DNA from: Bacillota bacterium
GTDB lineage: Bacteria > Bacillota_I > Bacilli_A > ML615J-28 > CAG-313
NCBI GenBank assembly: GCA_963648435.1
Contig: CAVJDT010000001.1
Span: 28,524-92,523, forward strand
Direction of reading: 5' to 3'
Length of the DNA stretch: 64,000 bases
Shown here: positions 40,726 to 48,609 of the stretch, one piece after another
Layout: the number at the start of each line of letters is the position of its first letter
How positions within the stretch are numbered: position 1 is the first letter of the stretch
The notes under the pieces: generated by a model
Seen by the model: the letters and a program-made list of their open reading frames with translations, nothing else
Databases searched by the model: none
What the model was told of the DNA's origin: nothing
Position numbers and translations under genes: made by a program

Positions 40726-42057
40726 ATGAGAGTACATTTATCAGATCATTTTACATTTAAAAAATTATTTATTGCGACAATACCACCAATCTTAATGATG
40801 GTGTTTACTTCGATATATGGTATTGTTGATGGAGTTTTCGTGTCTAACGTGGTTGGTACCACTGCCTTTTCAGCAGTCAATTTATTTATGCCAGTTGCGA
40901 TGGCAGTTGGAGCTCTTGGTTTTATGATGGGAGCAGGAGGTTCAGCTTTGACTGCGAAAGTGCTAGGTGAAGGCGACCGTGATAAGGCCAATAAAATATT
41001 TTCGTGTGTTGTTTTATTTACAGTTATTTTAGGTGTGATAGTTAGTGTTATAATATTAATTTTCATGGAAAAAATTTGTCTATTCCTTAAGGCAACACCA
41101 GAAATGTTACCTTATTGTAAGGTATATGGCACCATTATTATTAGTGCTGAAATTGCTTTTATGTTACAAAACTTGTTTCAAAATTTCTTTTTGGTGGCTG
41201 AAAAGTCAATGCTTGGTTTTGTAGTTACAATTATTGCCGGTTGCACTAACATAGTTTTAGACGCTCTATTTATAGCGGTATTTAAATGGGGAGTAGCAGG
41301 AGCTGCTGTTGCGACCATAATCTCACAAATTGTAGGAGCAACAATTCCAATCTTTTATTTTTTAAATAAAAAAAATACCAGCCTATTACGACTAGTACCT
41401 GCTAAACTTAATTTTAATGTATTATTTAAATCTACTACTAATGGTTCAAGTGAACTTTTAAGTAATATATCAGCTTCAGTTGTTAGTATAATTTATAATG
41501 CGCAATTATTAAAGTTTTCACATGAAAATGGGGTTGCGGCATACGGTACAATAATGTATGCAAGTTTTATTTTTGCAGCGATATTTATTGGTTACTCAAT
41601 AGGAACAGCTCCAATTATAGGTTATAATTATGGTGCTAAGAACAAAGAAGAATTAAGTAATGTTTTCAAAAAAAGCATTTGCATAAACATAATCTTCGGA
41701 ATTATCATGACGGGATTATCAGTGATATTATCTGGTCCTATGAGTTATGTCTTTTCAAGTAATAACAAAGAATTATATGAGCTTACAAAATATGCGATGA
41801 AAATATACTCAATTTCATTTATTTTTATGGGACTTAATATGTTTACTTCATCATTTTTTACTGCTTTAAATGATGGCTTAATATCTGCTATTGTTTCTTG
41901 TAGTAGAACTGTAATTTTTCAAACATCAACAATTATAATTCTTCCAATATTATTTGGAGAAAAAGGAATTTGGCCTTCCATTATTATCGCCGAAGGACTT
42001 GCTTTAATTGTTAGTGTAATTTTCCTAATAGCTAAGAGGAAGAAATACGGGTATTAA
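40726..42057 (+). CDS. MATE family multidrug/sodium efflux transporter
   Basis: 443 aa from ATG 40726 (RBS ggaaggag), 12 TM helices, MATE-like N-terminus (LFIATIPPILMMVFTSIYGIVDGVFVSNVVG). Confidence 0.8.
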   Translation: MRVHLSDHFTFKKLFIATIPPILMMVFTSIYGIVDGVFVSNVVGTTAFSAVNLFMPVAMAVGALGFMMGAGGSALTAKVLGEGDRDKANKIFSCVVLFTVILGVIVSVIILIFMEKICLFLKATPEMLPYCKVYGTIIISAEIAFMLQNLFQNFFLVAEKSMLGFVVTIIAGCTNIVLDALFIAVFKWGVAGAAVATIISQIVGATIPIFYFLNKKNTSLLRLVPAKLNFNVLFKSTTNGSSELLSNISASVVSIIYNAQLLKFSHENGVAAYGTIMYASFIFAAIFIGYSIGTAPIIGYNYGAKNKEELSNVFKKSICINIIFGIIMTGLSVILSGPMSYVFSSNNKELYELTKYAMKIYSISFIFMGLNMFTSSFFTALNDGLISAIVSCSRTVIFQTSTIIILPILFGEKGIWPSIIIAEGLALIVSVIFLIAKRKKYGY

Positions 42058-42067
42058 AATGTAAAAA

Positions 42068-42108
42068 TTAAAATGGTAGAACTATATCATTTTAATTTTT
42101 TTGTTATA
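42068..42108 (+). terminator. Rho-independent terminator
   Basis: aaattaaaatg...cattttaattt followed by T7. Confidence 0.6.
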
Positions 42109-42356
42109 CAGCTAAAAGAAGTAGATAAAAATATCTAAACCATAGACTAAAAAACTCAAATATGTTATATTGAATCTGAGGCTTTATAATGTAAAGATTG
42201 GTGATGATGGTAATTGTTATTCAAATAATTTTGTTACCATCGTAAATTTGTAATGTAGTTATTTTTATATTGATTAGATTAATTTGGTAACTATTAAAAA
42301 AATACAATCATATTATTTTTTATTTATAAAAAAAATTCTTAAACGAGATTATATAG

Positions 42357-42689
42357 ATGTTAGATATTATTTTTAATCAAATTATTGAAATGATTGAAAA
42401 AGCGAAGTAAATGAGTCTATTATATTTAGAAATTGGTAAATTCCTATATGAATTAAAAGAAAATAGTAATTATGGAGATAAAATAACAACAAAAGCCTCG
42501 GATTTCATGAAAAATAATTATCCAACTATAAAAGGAATTACTAAAAGAAATATTGAACGTATGATTCAATTTTATATTACTTATAAAGATGATGAGATAG
42601 CGACACCGCTGGTGACGCATTTGTCTTTGACAAACAATTTACTTATATTAAGTGGAATTAAAAGTAAAGAATTTGAAATTCGTTTATGA
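42357..42689 (+). pseudogene. N-terminal remnant of a DUF1016/YhcG-family PD-(D/E)XK nuclease gene, with an in-frame TAA at 42408 and truncated by an ISL3 fragment
   Basis: LYLEIGKFL....KGITKRNIERMIQFYITY matches the DUF1016 N-terminal signature (LYWEIG...G.S.RNL.RM.QFY..Y). The upstream 17-codon ORF is in the same frame, separated only by TAA. The reading frame ends inside the ISL3 remnant. Confidence 0.6.
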
Positions 42690-42994
42690 AAATTGATAAT
42701 GACGGAAGGTATGTTAAAAGTTTTATGGCATTCTTTTTCCATACAAATAAGACGTGGTTGTTTTAAAAAAAGGATTACAGGCTTTCCAGAGAAATTGGAA
42801 TGTTTAATTTTTCTAACATAATAAGCATGAATATGGTTATTTGTGGAACCACAATTGGGACATCCATATTCAGTAAGTTTAGGGGAGATTTCAGCATAAA
42901 TTTCAATGCATTTGTCAAGTATACGAATATCATTAATAATAATGTTATCTTCTTGAATTTTTAGTAGTTGTGGTATATAATCATAATTAGTCAT
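42581..42994 (-). mobile_element. ISL3-family transposase N-terminal fragment (zf-ISL3 / HTH region only); IS remnant
   Basis: 137-aa ORF with CPNCGSTNNHIHAYYVRKIKHSNFSGKPVILFLKQPRLICMEKECHKTF, matching the ISL3 transposase N-terminal Zn-finger block. The catalytic remainder is absent because the MATE gene occupies the space. Confidence 0.65.
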
Positions 42995-43057
42995 AAAGCT
43001 CCTTTCCGGTATTTTTGAGCAAAAATATTATATAAGAAAAACTTTATGATGTAAAGC

Positions 43058-43092
43058 AAAAAACCATATCTTCATAGGTATGGTTTTTTCAC
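43058..43092. terminator. Bidirectional hairpin terminator
   Basis: aaaaccata...tatggtttttt. Confidence 0.45.
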
Positions 43093-43172
43093 ACAAAAAA
43101 TAGTTCATCACACAAAAAAACAAGAAATGTTGAAGACCTTGAAATATCCTTTTTATTTTAAGTAAAGTGTTG

Positions 43173-44579
43173 CTATTTCAAAATTTCCCAATAACCTGTT
43201 TTATTTGAACCTTCTCTTTTAATATAACCGAGAAGTTTTAATTTTGAAATATTATTATCAATAGATGTTTTTCCTAGATTACAAAGTGTGGATAGTTGTG
43301 GTTTAGTAATGTTGGGGTTGTTTTTTATTTCAGCTAAAACTTTTATTTGTGATGAATTTAAAGTTTTATCACCCACTTTATCACCCACTTTATCACCCAC
43401 TTTATCACCCACATTTTTATCTAACTCATTAATTCTTGTGAAAGGAATAGTAACAATTATAGAATTATCATTAATTTCAATAGATTTCTTTGAGTATTTG
43501 GATATAATAATTGGAACACCTCGACCAGTTTTTTCACTTATATGTAATTGCAAAAATAATTCAGATAATTTATCATTTACGGGTATAGAATGACCTTCAT
43601 AAAAACCATTAATGGTTTGAAGTGGAGCAAGAGTTCCTCTAGATAAGATTTCAATTCTATTTGAATATACTGTAATCATTGGCTCATTTAAATTTATCCA
43701 TTCGTTATGTAAAAAAGCATTAATTATTGCTTCTCTAAATGCATCAAAGTCAAATAGCATAATTTCTTCTCTTTCCATAATACGGTTGGTTTCATTTGCT
43801 TGAGGAACATTTAGAACTTCACCATATGTTAAAACTTCATTTAATGAGAATAACAAACACTTATATCCAAATTCTTTTACCGAATACATTTTTGAAGCTT
43901 TAGTTTTTCCATCAAATACTGCAACCCTAATTGGAACGTGTGAATTATCGGAAAGAAGTTGTGCCATTATGTTGAATTTATTGTCTTTAGTTAAAAGGTG
44001 AAGGTTTTTTAGAAATGTTGCATCATTTAAAAAGATATTCTTAGAGGCGTAGTACGTTTTCAATTGATTGAAAGTTAAATCTTGGTATTCACTTTCTTTT
44101 GTATTAATAGTTGAAATTCCAAAAGTTAAAGCTGAAAATAAATATGCTTCTCTTTCAGGGTATTTTCTGATATTTTCTTTGCTTGAGCCAATTCGAATGT
44201 ATCGAATATCTTTATAAGCTGTAGGTACAATTTTCGCTGCTGGAATAGTAAGTAAAACTATTCTTTTATTGTCGATTTCAGTTTCTTGAAAGTAAAAGCC
44301 AATACTAGGATTTAAGTTTCTAGCTAGATAATGTTGTAATGGCTCGTTATTTATATCAATGTTATAATCAAATGAGGTTCCAACAATTTTATGAGTCGCA
44401 TCATTTACCCCCCAAATCATATAAGCAAATGGTTTTCCTAAAATAGCAGCGCTATTAGATAATGAAGAAATATATTCACCTAGTTGATCTTTTTCAAACC
44501 AATTTTCTTTTATTTCAAACCATTCTCTTTCACTTTCATAGGATAAACATTCATTAATAATTTCGTTTATGCTAAGCAT
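43173..44579 (-). CDS. AlbA_2 (Schlafen-like) / HATPase_c_4 / C-terminal wHTH putative transcriptional regulator with an internal VGDK x4 repeat
   Basis: Met at 44579 follows SD aaaggtgggtga. The N-terminal AlbA_2 signature reads SINEIINECLSYESEREWFEIKENWFEKDQLGEYISSLSNSAAILGKPFAYMIWGVND. There is a C-terminal winged helix (PQLSTLCNLGKTSIDNNISKLKLLGYIKREG). A 12-bp tandem repeat sits at about 43367-43414. Confidence 0.7.
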   Translation of the reverse strand: MLSINEIINECLSYESEREWFEIKENWFEKDQLGEYISSLSNSAAILGKPFAYMIWGVNDATHKIVGTSFDYNIDINNEPLQHYLARNLNPSIGFYFQETEIDNKRIVLLTIPAAKIVPTAYKDIRYIRIGSSKENIRKYPEREAYLFSALTFGISTINTKESEYQDLTFNQLKTYYASKNIFLNDATFLKNLHLLTKDNKFNIMAQLLSDNSHVPIRVAVFDGKTKASKMYSVKEFGYKCLLFSLNEVLTYGEVLNVPQANETNRIMEREEIMLFDFDAFREAIINAFLHNEWINLNEPMITVYSNRIEILSRGTLAPLQTINGFYEGHSIPVNDKLSELFLQLHISEKTGRGVPIIISKYSKKSIEINDNSIIVTIPFTRINELDKNVGDKVGDKVGDKVGDKTLNSSQIKVLAEIKNNPNITKPQLSTLCNLGKTSIDNNISKLKLLGYIKREGSNKTGYWEILK

Positions 44580-44642
44580 TTTATCACCCACCTTTTCAAT
44601 TAGTATTATATCACAATGTGGGTGATATTTCAACTAATTTAG
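44580..44642 (-). promoter_or_regulatory. Consensus promoter (TTGAAA-17-TATAAT) flanked by a 10-bp inverted repeat TATCACCCAC / GTGGGTGATA (putative autoregulatory operator)
   Basis: Minus strand reads ttgaaaTATCACCCACattgtgatataatactaattgaaaagGTGGGTGATAaaatg. Confidence 0.65.
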
Positions 44643-44774
44643 TTAATTTATATAATAATATTATTATATGTGCTTTTGTTCTTATTATAATAGTTATTTA
44701 AATATATTATTATGAAATATGCTACTAGATATAAAAAAACATTTTGCATGACACAAAATGTTGATTTTTAATGA

Positions 44775-44861
44775 TGGTGCCAGTGGTCGGACTCGAACCG
44801 ACACACCGTTATCGGGTACTGGATTTTGAGTCCAGCGCGTCTACCATTTCACCACACTGGC
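44775..44861 (-). tRNA. tRNA-Leu (anticodon CAA), type II with long variable arm, CCA encoded
   Basis: The reverse complement gives acceptor GCCAGTG/CACTGGC, anticodon stem CTGGA/TCCAG with loop CTCAAAA, a long variable arm, T-arm GGTTCGAGTCC and a 3' CCA. Confidence 0.85.
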
Positions 44862-45268
44862 ATTACACCTTTAATATTATACATTATTTTTGGATTTTCC
44901 GCAAGTAATAAGTATAATTAGTTTATAATTGTAAAAATGAAAAAATATAAAGAAAGTTTATTGTAAGCGTTTTCTATGATTTATTTGTTGCATTTTAAAA
45001 AATAATAAGTATAATAGAAGTATAATAATGAAAGGAGAACTATGATACTATGACTAAAAATACGGTTTGTTTATCTAACCTTTATTATTATTACTATTTT
45101 CCAAGGATGTTTGTATAGCCCCTTGGCCTTTTGGCGAGCGAAAATAGTGTGGTTATTACAACATCATATGTTTGGTAATAACTACTAAAAATATTGTTAT
45201 TTAGTGTTATTACCTTGTAATAGCATTTTTTTGATATTATAGTGGGAACACTTTAAAAAGGAGAAGTT

Positions 45269-46258
45269 ATGTTTAAAAAATTAGTTAAATGTTTATGTTT
45301 TATGTGTTTAGTTTTAGCAGTTACACTTTGTGTAAGTTGTAAAGGTAAAAGTGACAAGATTAAAGTTGGAATTATTAAATACACAACGGCGACGCCACTT
45401 GATGCCGCAAGATCTGGCATTATTGAGGGATTAAAAGAAGCAGGATATGTAGATAAAGAAAATATTGAAATTATTGACTTTAACTGTTTACAAAGTGCAG
45501 ATACTATGTCTCAAAATGTTAAAAGTGCAATTAGAAGCTGTGATATTATTTTTGCGATTGCAACACCAGTTGCTCAAGCATTAGCTAAAGAAATGGCTAA
45601 ACAAGGGGTTAAAACTCCAGTCTTATTCACGGCGGTTACCGACCCTGTGGCATCAGGAATTATTGCAAGTGATACTAAACCTGGTGTTACTATTTCTGGT
45701 ACTAGTGATATGAATCCGGTAGCTGAACAAATTGCTCTTGCCTTAGAACTAAATAGTAGTGCTAAGAAAATTGGTTTTATTTATACAACTACTGAAGATA
45801 ATTCACGTGTTCAACTTGAACTTGCCCGTAAAAAAGCATCTGAATTAGGTCTTGAAATTGTTGCTCAAGGCGTAAGTAGTGCAACTGAACTTCAAACCGC
45901 AACAAAAAGTTTGATAAATGACGGAGTTGATGCTATTTATTTACCTACCGATAATAATGTAAGTGAAAATGCGGGGGTAGTTATCAATGAAGCTAATTTA
46001 AATGGTATCCCTACAATTTGTGGTGAATCTACTTTCTTAGATAAAGGTGGAACCATCACATTAGGTATTGATTATACAGAACTTGGCAAACTTACGGGTA
46101 AAATGGGGGCCGATGTTCTTGCGGGGAAAGTTCAAATTGAAGAACTCGCGGTTGGAAGATTAACTGATTTTGAGTTAATTATTAACGTTACCGAAGCAAC
46201 TAAAAGTAATATTACAATTAGTGAAGAATTAAAATCAAAAGCAAATGAAATAAGATAA
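45269..46258 (+). CDS. ABC transporter substrate-binding lipoprotein (PF04392-type, uncharacterised ABC uptake system)
   Basis: Lipobox LCVSCKG; 329 aa; operon with permease and ATPase genes. Confidence 0.7.
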   Translation: MFKKLVKCLCFMCLVLAVTLCVSCKGKSDKIKVGIIKYTTATPLDAARSGIIEGLKEAGYVDKENIEIIDFNCLQSADTMSQNVKSAIRSCDIIFAIATPVAQALAKEMAKQGVKTPVLFTAVTDPVASGIIASDTKPGVTISGTSDMNPVAEQIALALELNSSAKKIGFIYTTTEDNSRVQLELARKKASELGLEIVAQGVSSATELQTATKSLINDGVDAIYLPTDNNVSENAGVVINEANLNGIPTICGESTFLDKGGTITLGIDYTELGKLTGKMGADVLAGKVQIEELAVGRLTDFELIINVTEATKSNITISEELKSKANEIR

Positions 46259-46268
46259 AGAAAGGAAG

Positions 46269-47261
46269 ATGTTTGTGTTAGATATAGATCTAGGATTTAC
46301 CATTGAAAGTGGATTACAACAAGGAATAATTTGGGGAATACTAGTAATAGGTGTTTATATTTCGTTTAGAATATTAGATTTTGCAGATTTAAGTATTGAA
46401 GGTACATTTCCCCTAGGTGCATGTATTTCAGCTCTTTTAATCTTTAAAGGTTGGAATCCCTTTCAAGCCATTTATATGTCGTTTCTTGCGGGACTCCTTG
46501 CAGGGCTTTTAACAGGCGTTCTTCATGCTAAATTAAAAATTCCCGCAATTCTTTCAGGAATTATTACAATGACCGCGTTATCATCACTTAATTTGGTAAT
46601 TTTAGGTTTAAGTCTAACTAATCGAAGTAATGGCAGTAATGCGGCTGCATCACTTCCAATTGATAATGACATATTTACTTTAGTATTTAAACAAACAAGT
46701 GGATTATTTGAAAAAATGGGAATTGTCCAAAAAGATGCTATAACAATTGTGACAATTGGTGTTAGTGCGATTTTCTTAGCTTTAGTTGCCTTTGGCGTAT
46801 ACTGGTTATTTGGTACCGAAATAGGCATGAACTTAAGGGCAACTGGTAATAATCCTAAAATGGCTAGAGCTCAAGGCATCAATACAGATGCAATGATAAT
46901 TTTAGGTTTAATGCTTAGTAATGGCCTAATTGCCTTAAGTGGAGCCTTATTTGCACAAAGCTATGGAACTGCGCAAACTGAAAGTGGAAGAGGAGCAATT
47001 GTTATTGGCCTTGCTGCGATCATTCTTGGCGAAATAATTTTTGGTAGGAAACGTAGTTTTAAAGTGTCACTAATTTCAATTATTGTAGGTTCAATTATCT
47101 TTTTCTTCATAAAAGCACTTGCAATTGAATTAAAAGTTGAACATTATTTAAATTTAATTATTGCAATTATGATAGCCTTTATTTTAGCATTACCATTATT
47201 AAAAGGAAAAATTAAGTTTAAGAGAAAAACTAAGGAGGAAACAAGTAATGTTAGAGATTAA
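46269..47261 (+). CDS. ABC transporter permease
   Basis: 330 aa, about 9 TM helices, immediately between the SBP and ATPase genes. Confidence 0.7.
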   Translation: MFVLDIDLGFTIESGLQQGIIWGILVIGVYISFRILDFADLSIEGTFPLGACISALLIFKGWNPFQAIYMSFLAGLLAGLLTGVLHAKLKIPAILSGIITMTALSSLNLVILGLSLTNRSNGSNAAASLPIDNDIFTLVFKQTSGLFEKMGIVQKDAITIVTIGVSAIFLALVAFGVYWLFGTEIGMNLRATGNNPKMARAQGINTDAMIILGLMLSNGLIALSGALFAQSYGTAQTESGRGAIVIGLAAIILGEIIFGRKRSFKVSLISIIVGSIIFFFIKALAIELKVEHYLNLIIAIMIAFILALPLLKGKIKFKRKTKEETSNVRD

Positions 47262-48039
47262 AAACGTTACAAAAATATTCAACAAGGATGAAGGTGTTGA
47301 AAATCAAAAGATTGCCCTCGATAATATTTGCTTAAAAATTGATAATGGCGATTTTGTGACTATTATTGGTGGTAATGGTAGTGGTAAAAGTACTTTAATG
47401 AATATTATATCAGGAGTCTTTTTACCTGATTGTGGTTGTATTTTAATTGATAGCGTGGATGTTACCAAAATGAGTGAAAATAAAAGAGCTGCGTATTTAG
47501 GACGAGTTTTTCAAGATCCTAATGTAGGAACGGCCCCTAATATGTCGATTCTTGAAAATTTAGAAATTGCTTCCCGCCGTGGTAAAGTAAGTACACTTAA
47601 ATGGGGATTCAAAAAAGAAAATAATGAGCGTTTTGTAAAAGCTTTAAAGGAACTTAATTTAGGACTAGAAGACAGAATGACTCAAAAAGTAGGCCTTTTA
47701 TCGGGAGGACAGCGTCAAGCCGTAACCTTAATTATGGCCACTCTTAATGAACCTAAGGTATTACTACTTGATGAGCATACTGCAGCCCTTGACCCAAGAA
47801 CCGCGAAAAAGGTGCTTGACTTAACTAAAGATGTGGTAACCAAAAATCATTTAACCACTTTAATGATAACCCATAATATGCGTGATGCCCTTAAATATGG
47901 AAATAGGCTTATTATGCTTAGTGATGGTCATATTATTTTAGATGTTAAAGGTGAAGAAAAAGAAAAATTAACAATTGAAGATTTATTACAAAAGTTTGAA
48001 TTAAATGGGGCTTCTATATCTGATAAAATGTTATTTTGA
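47248..48039 (+). CDS. ABC transporter ATP-binding protein
   Basis: Walker A GGNGSGKST, signature LSGGQRQ, Walker B LLLDE. Confidence 0.85.
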   Translation: MLEIKNVTKIFNKDEGVENQKIALDNICLKIDNGDFVTIIGGNGSGKSTLMNIISGVFLPDCGCILIDSVDVTKMSENKRAAYLGRVFQDPNVGTAPNMSILENLEIASRRGKVSTLKWGFKKENNERFVKALKELNLGLEDRMTQKVGLLSGGQRQAVTLIMATLNEPKVLLLDEHTAALDPRTAKKVLDLTKDVVTKNHLTTLMITHNMRDALKYGNRLIMLSDGHIILDVKGEEKEKLTIEDLLQKFELNGASISDKMLF

Positions 48040-48045
48040 AAATTA

Positions 48046-48082
48046 CTTTACAGTAGGTAAAACTATTGTAAAGTTTTTTTGT
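48046..48082 (+). terminator. Rho-independent terminator
   Basis: ctttacagtag...ctattgtaaag followed by T7. Confidence 0.6.
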
Positions 48083-48087
48083 CAATT

Positions 48088-48145
48088 GCTTGCAAAAAAA
48101 ATAAAAATAAGTATAATATTAATTAGTTTTAAAACTAATTAATAT
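48088..48145 (+). promoter_or_regulatory. Promoter (TTGCAA..TATAAT) followed by a perfect 24-bp palindrome TTAATTAGTTTTAAAACTAATTAA (MarR operator candidate)
   Basis: Read directly upstream of the MarR gene at 48160. Confidence 0.7.
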
Positions 48146-48159
48146 TAATGGAGGTATGT

Positions 48160-48609
48160 ATGCAAGAAAAAAAGAATATTTTGATGCTTATTGCGGATGT
48201 ACAAAAGATTTTTCATAATCATATGCGCAAAGTATCAGATGAAAATAACATTAATAGTTGTTATCGCCCGATTGTTTTCTTTTTAGCCCATCATGATGGG
48301 ATGACTCAACTTGATATTGTTAAAAAAACAAGATTAAAGGCTCCAACTATAAGTTTGGCTCTTAAGAAAATGGAACAAGAAGGACTAGTAAAAAGAGTAA
48401 TTGATGAAAATGATGCAAGAAAAGTATGCGTTTATTTCACTGATAAAGGACGTAGTTATGATGATAAAATGCGTTTACTTGTGAAAGAAGCAGAAAATCA
48501 AATATTAAGTAAAATTGATGAAAATGATAAAATAGAATTAGAAAGAGTCTTGAACAAACTAATCGATGTTATGTGTCAAGAGTTTGGTGAATATAATGAA
48601 GATATTTAA
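48160..48609 (+). CDS. MarR family transcriptional regulator
   Basis: wHTH (TQLDIVKKTRLKAPTISLALKKMEQEGLVKR); ATG 48160 follows ggagg; overlaps the ABC exporter gene start. Confidence 0.7.
   Translation: MQEKKNILMLIADVQKIFHNHMRKVSDENNINSCYRPIVFFLAHHDGMTQLDIVKKTRLKAPTISLALKKMEQEGLVKRVIDENDARKVCVYFTDKGRSYDDKMRLLVKEAENQILSKIDENDKIELERVLNKLIDVMCQEFGEYNEDI

Noticed and set aside
42180-42250. Partial similarity (atgatggtg/atgatggta) to the tRNA-Leu 3' flank as a possible att direct repeat
   Set aside because: Only a 9-mer match, consistent with chance in AT-rich DNA.
45100-45140. Hairpin ccaaggatgtttgtatagccccttgg with adjacent GC-rich ccttttggcgagcg as a possible small RNA or att remnant near tRNA-Leu
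   Set aside because: It is an isolated structure without conserved partner sequence or terminator. The evidence is insufficient.
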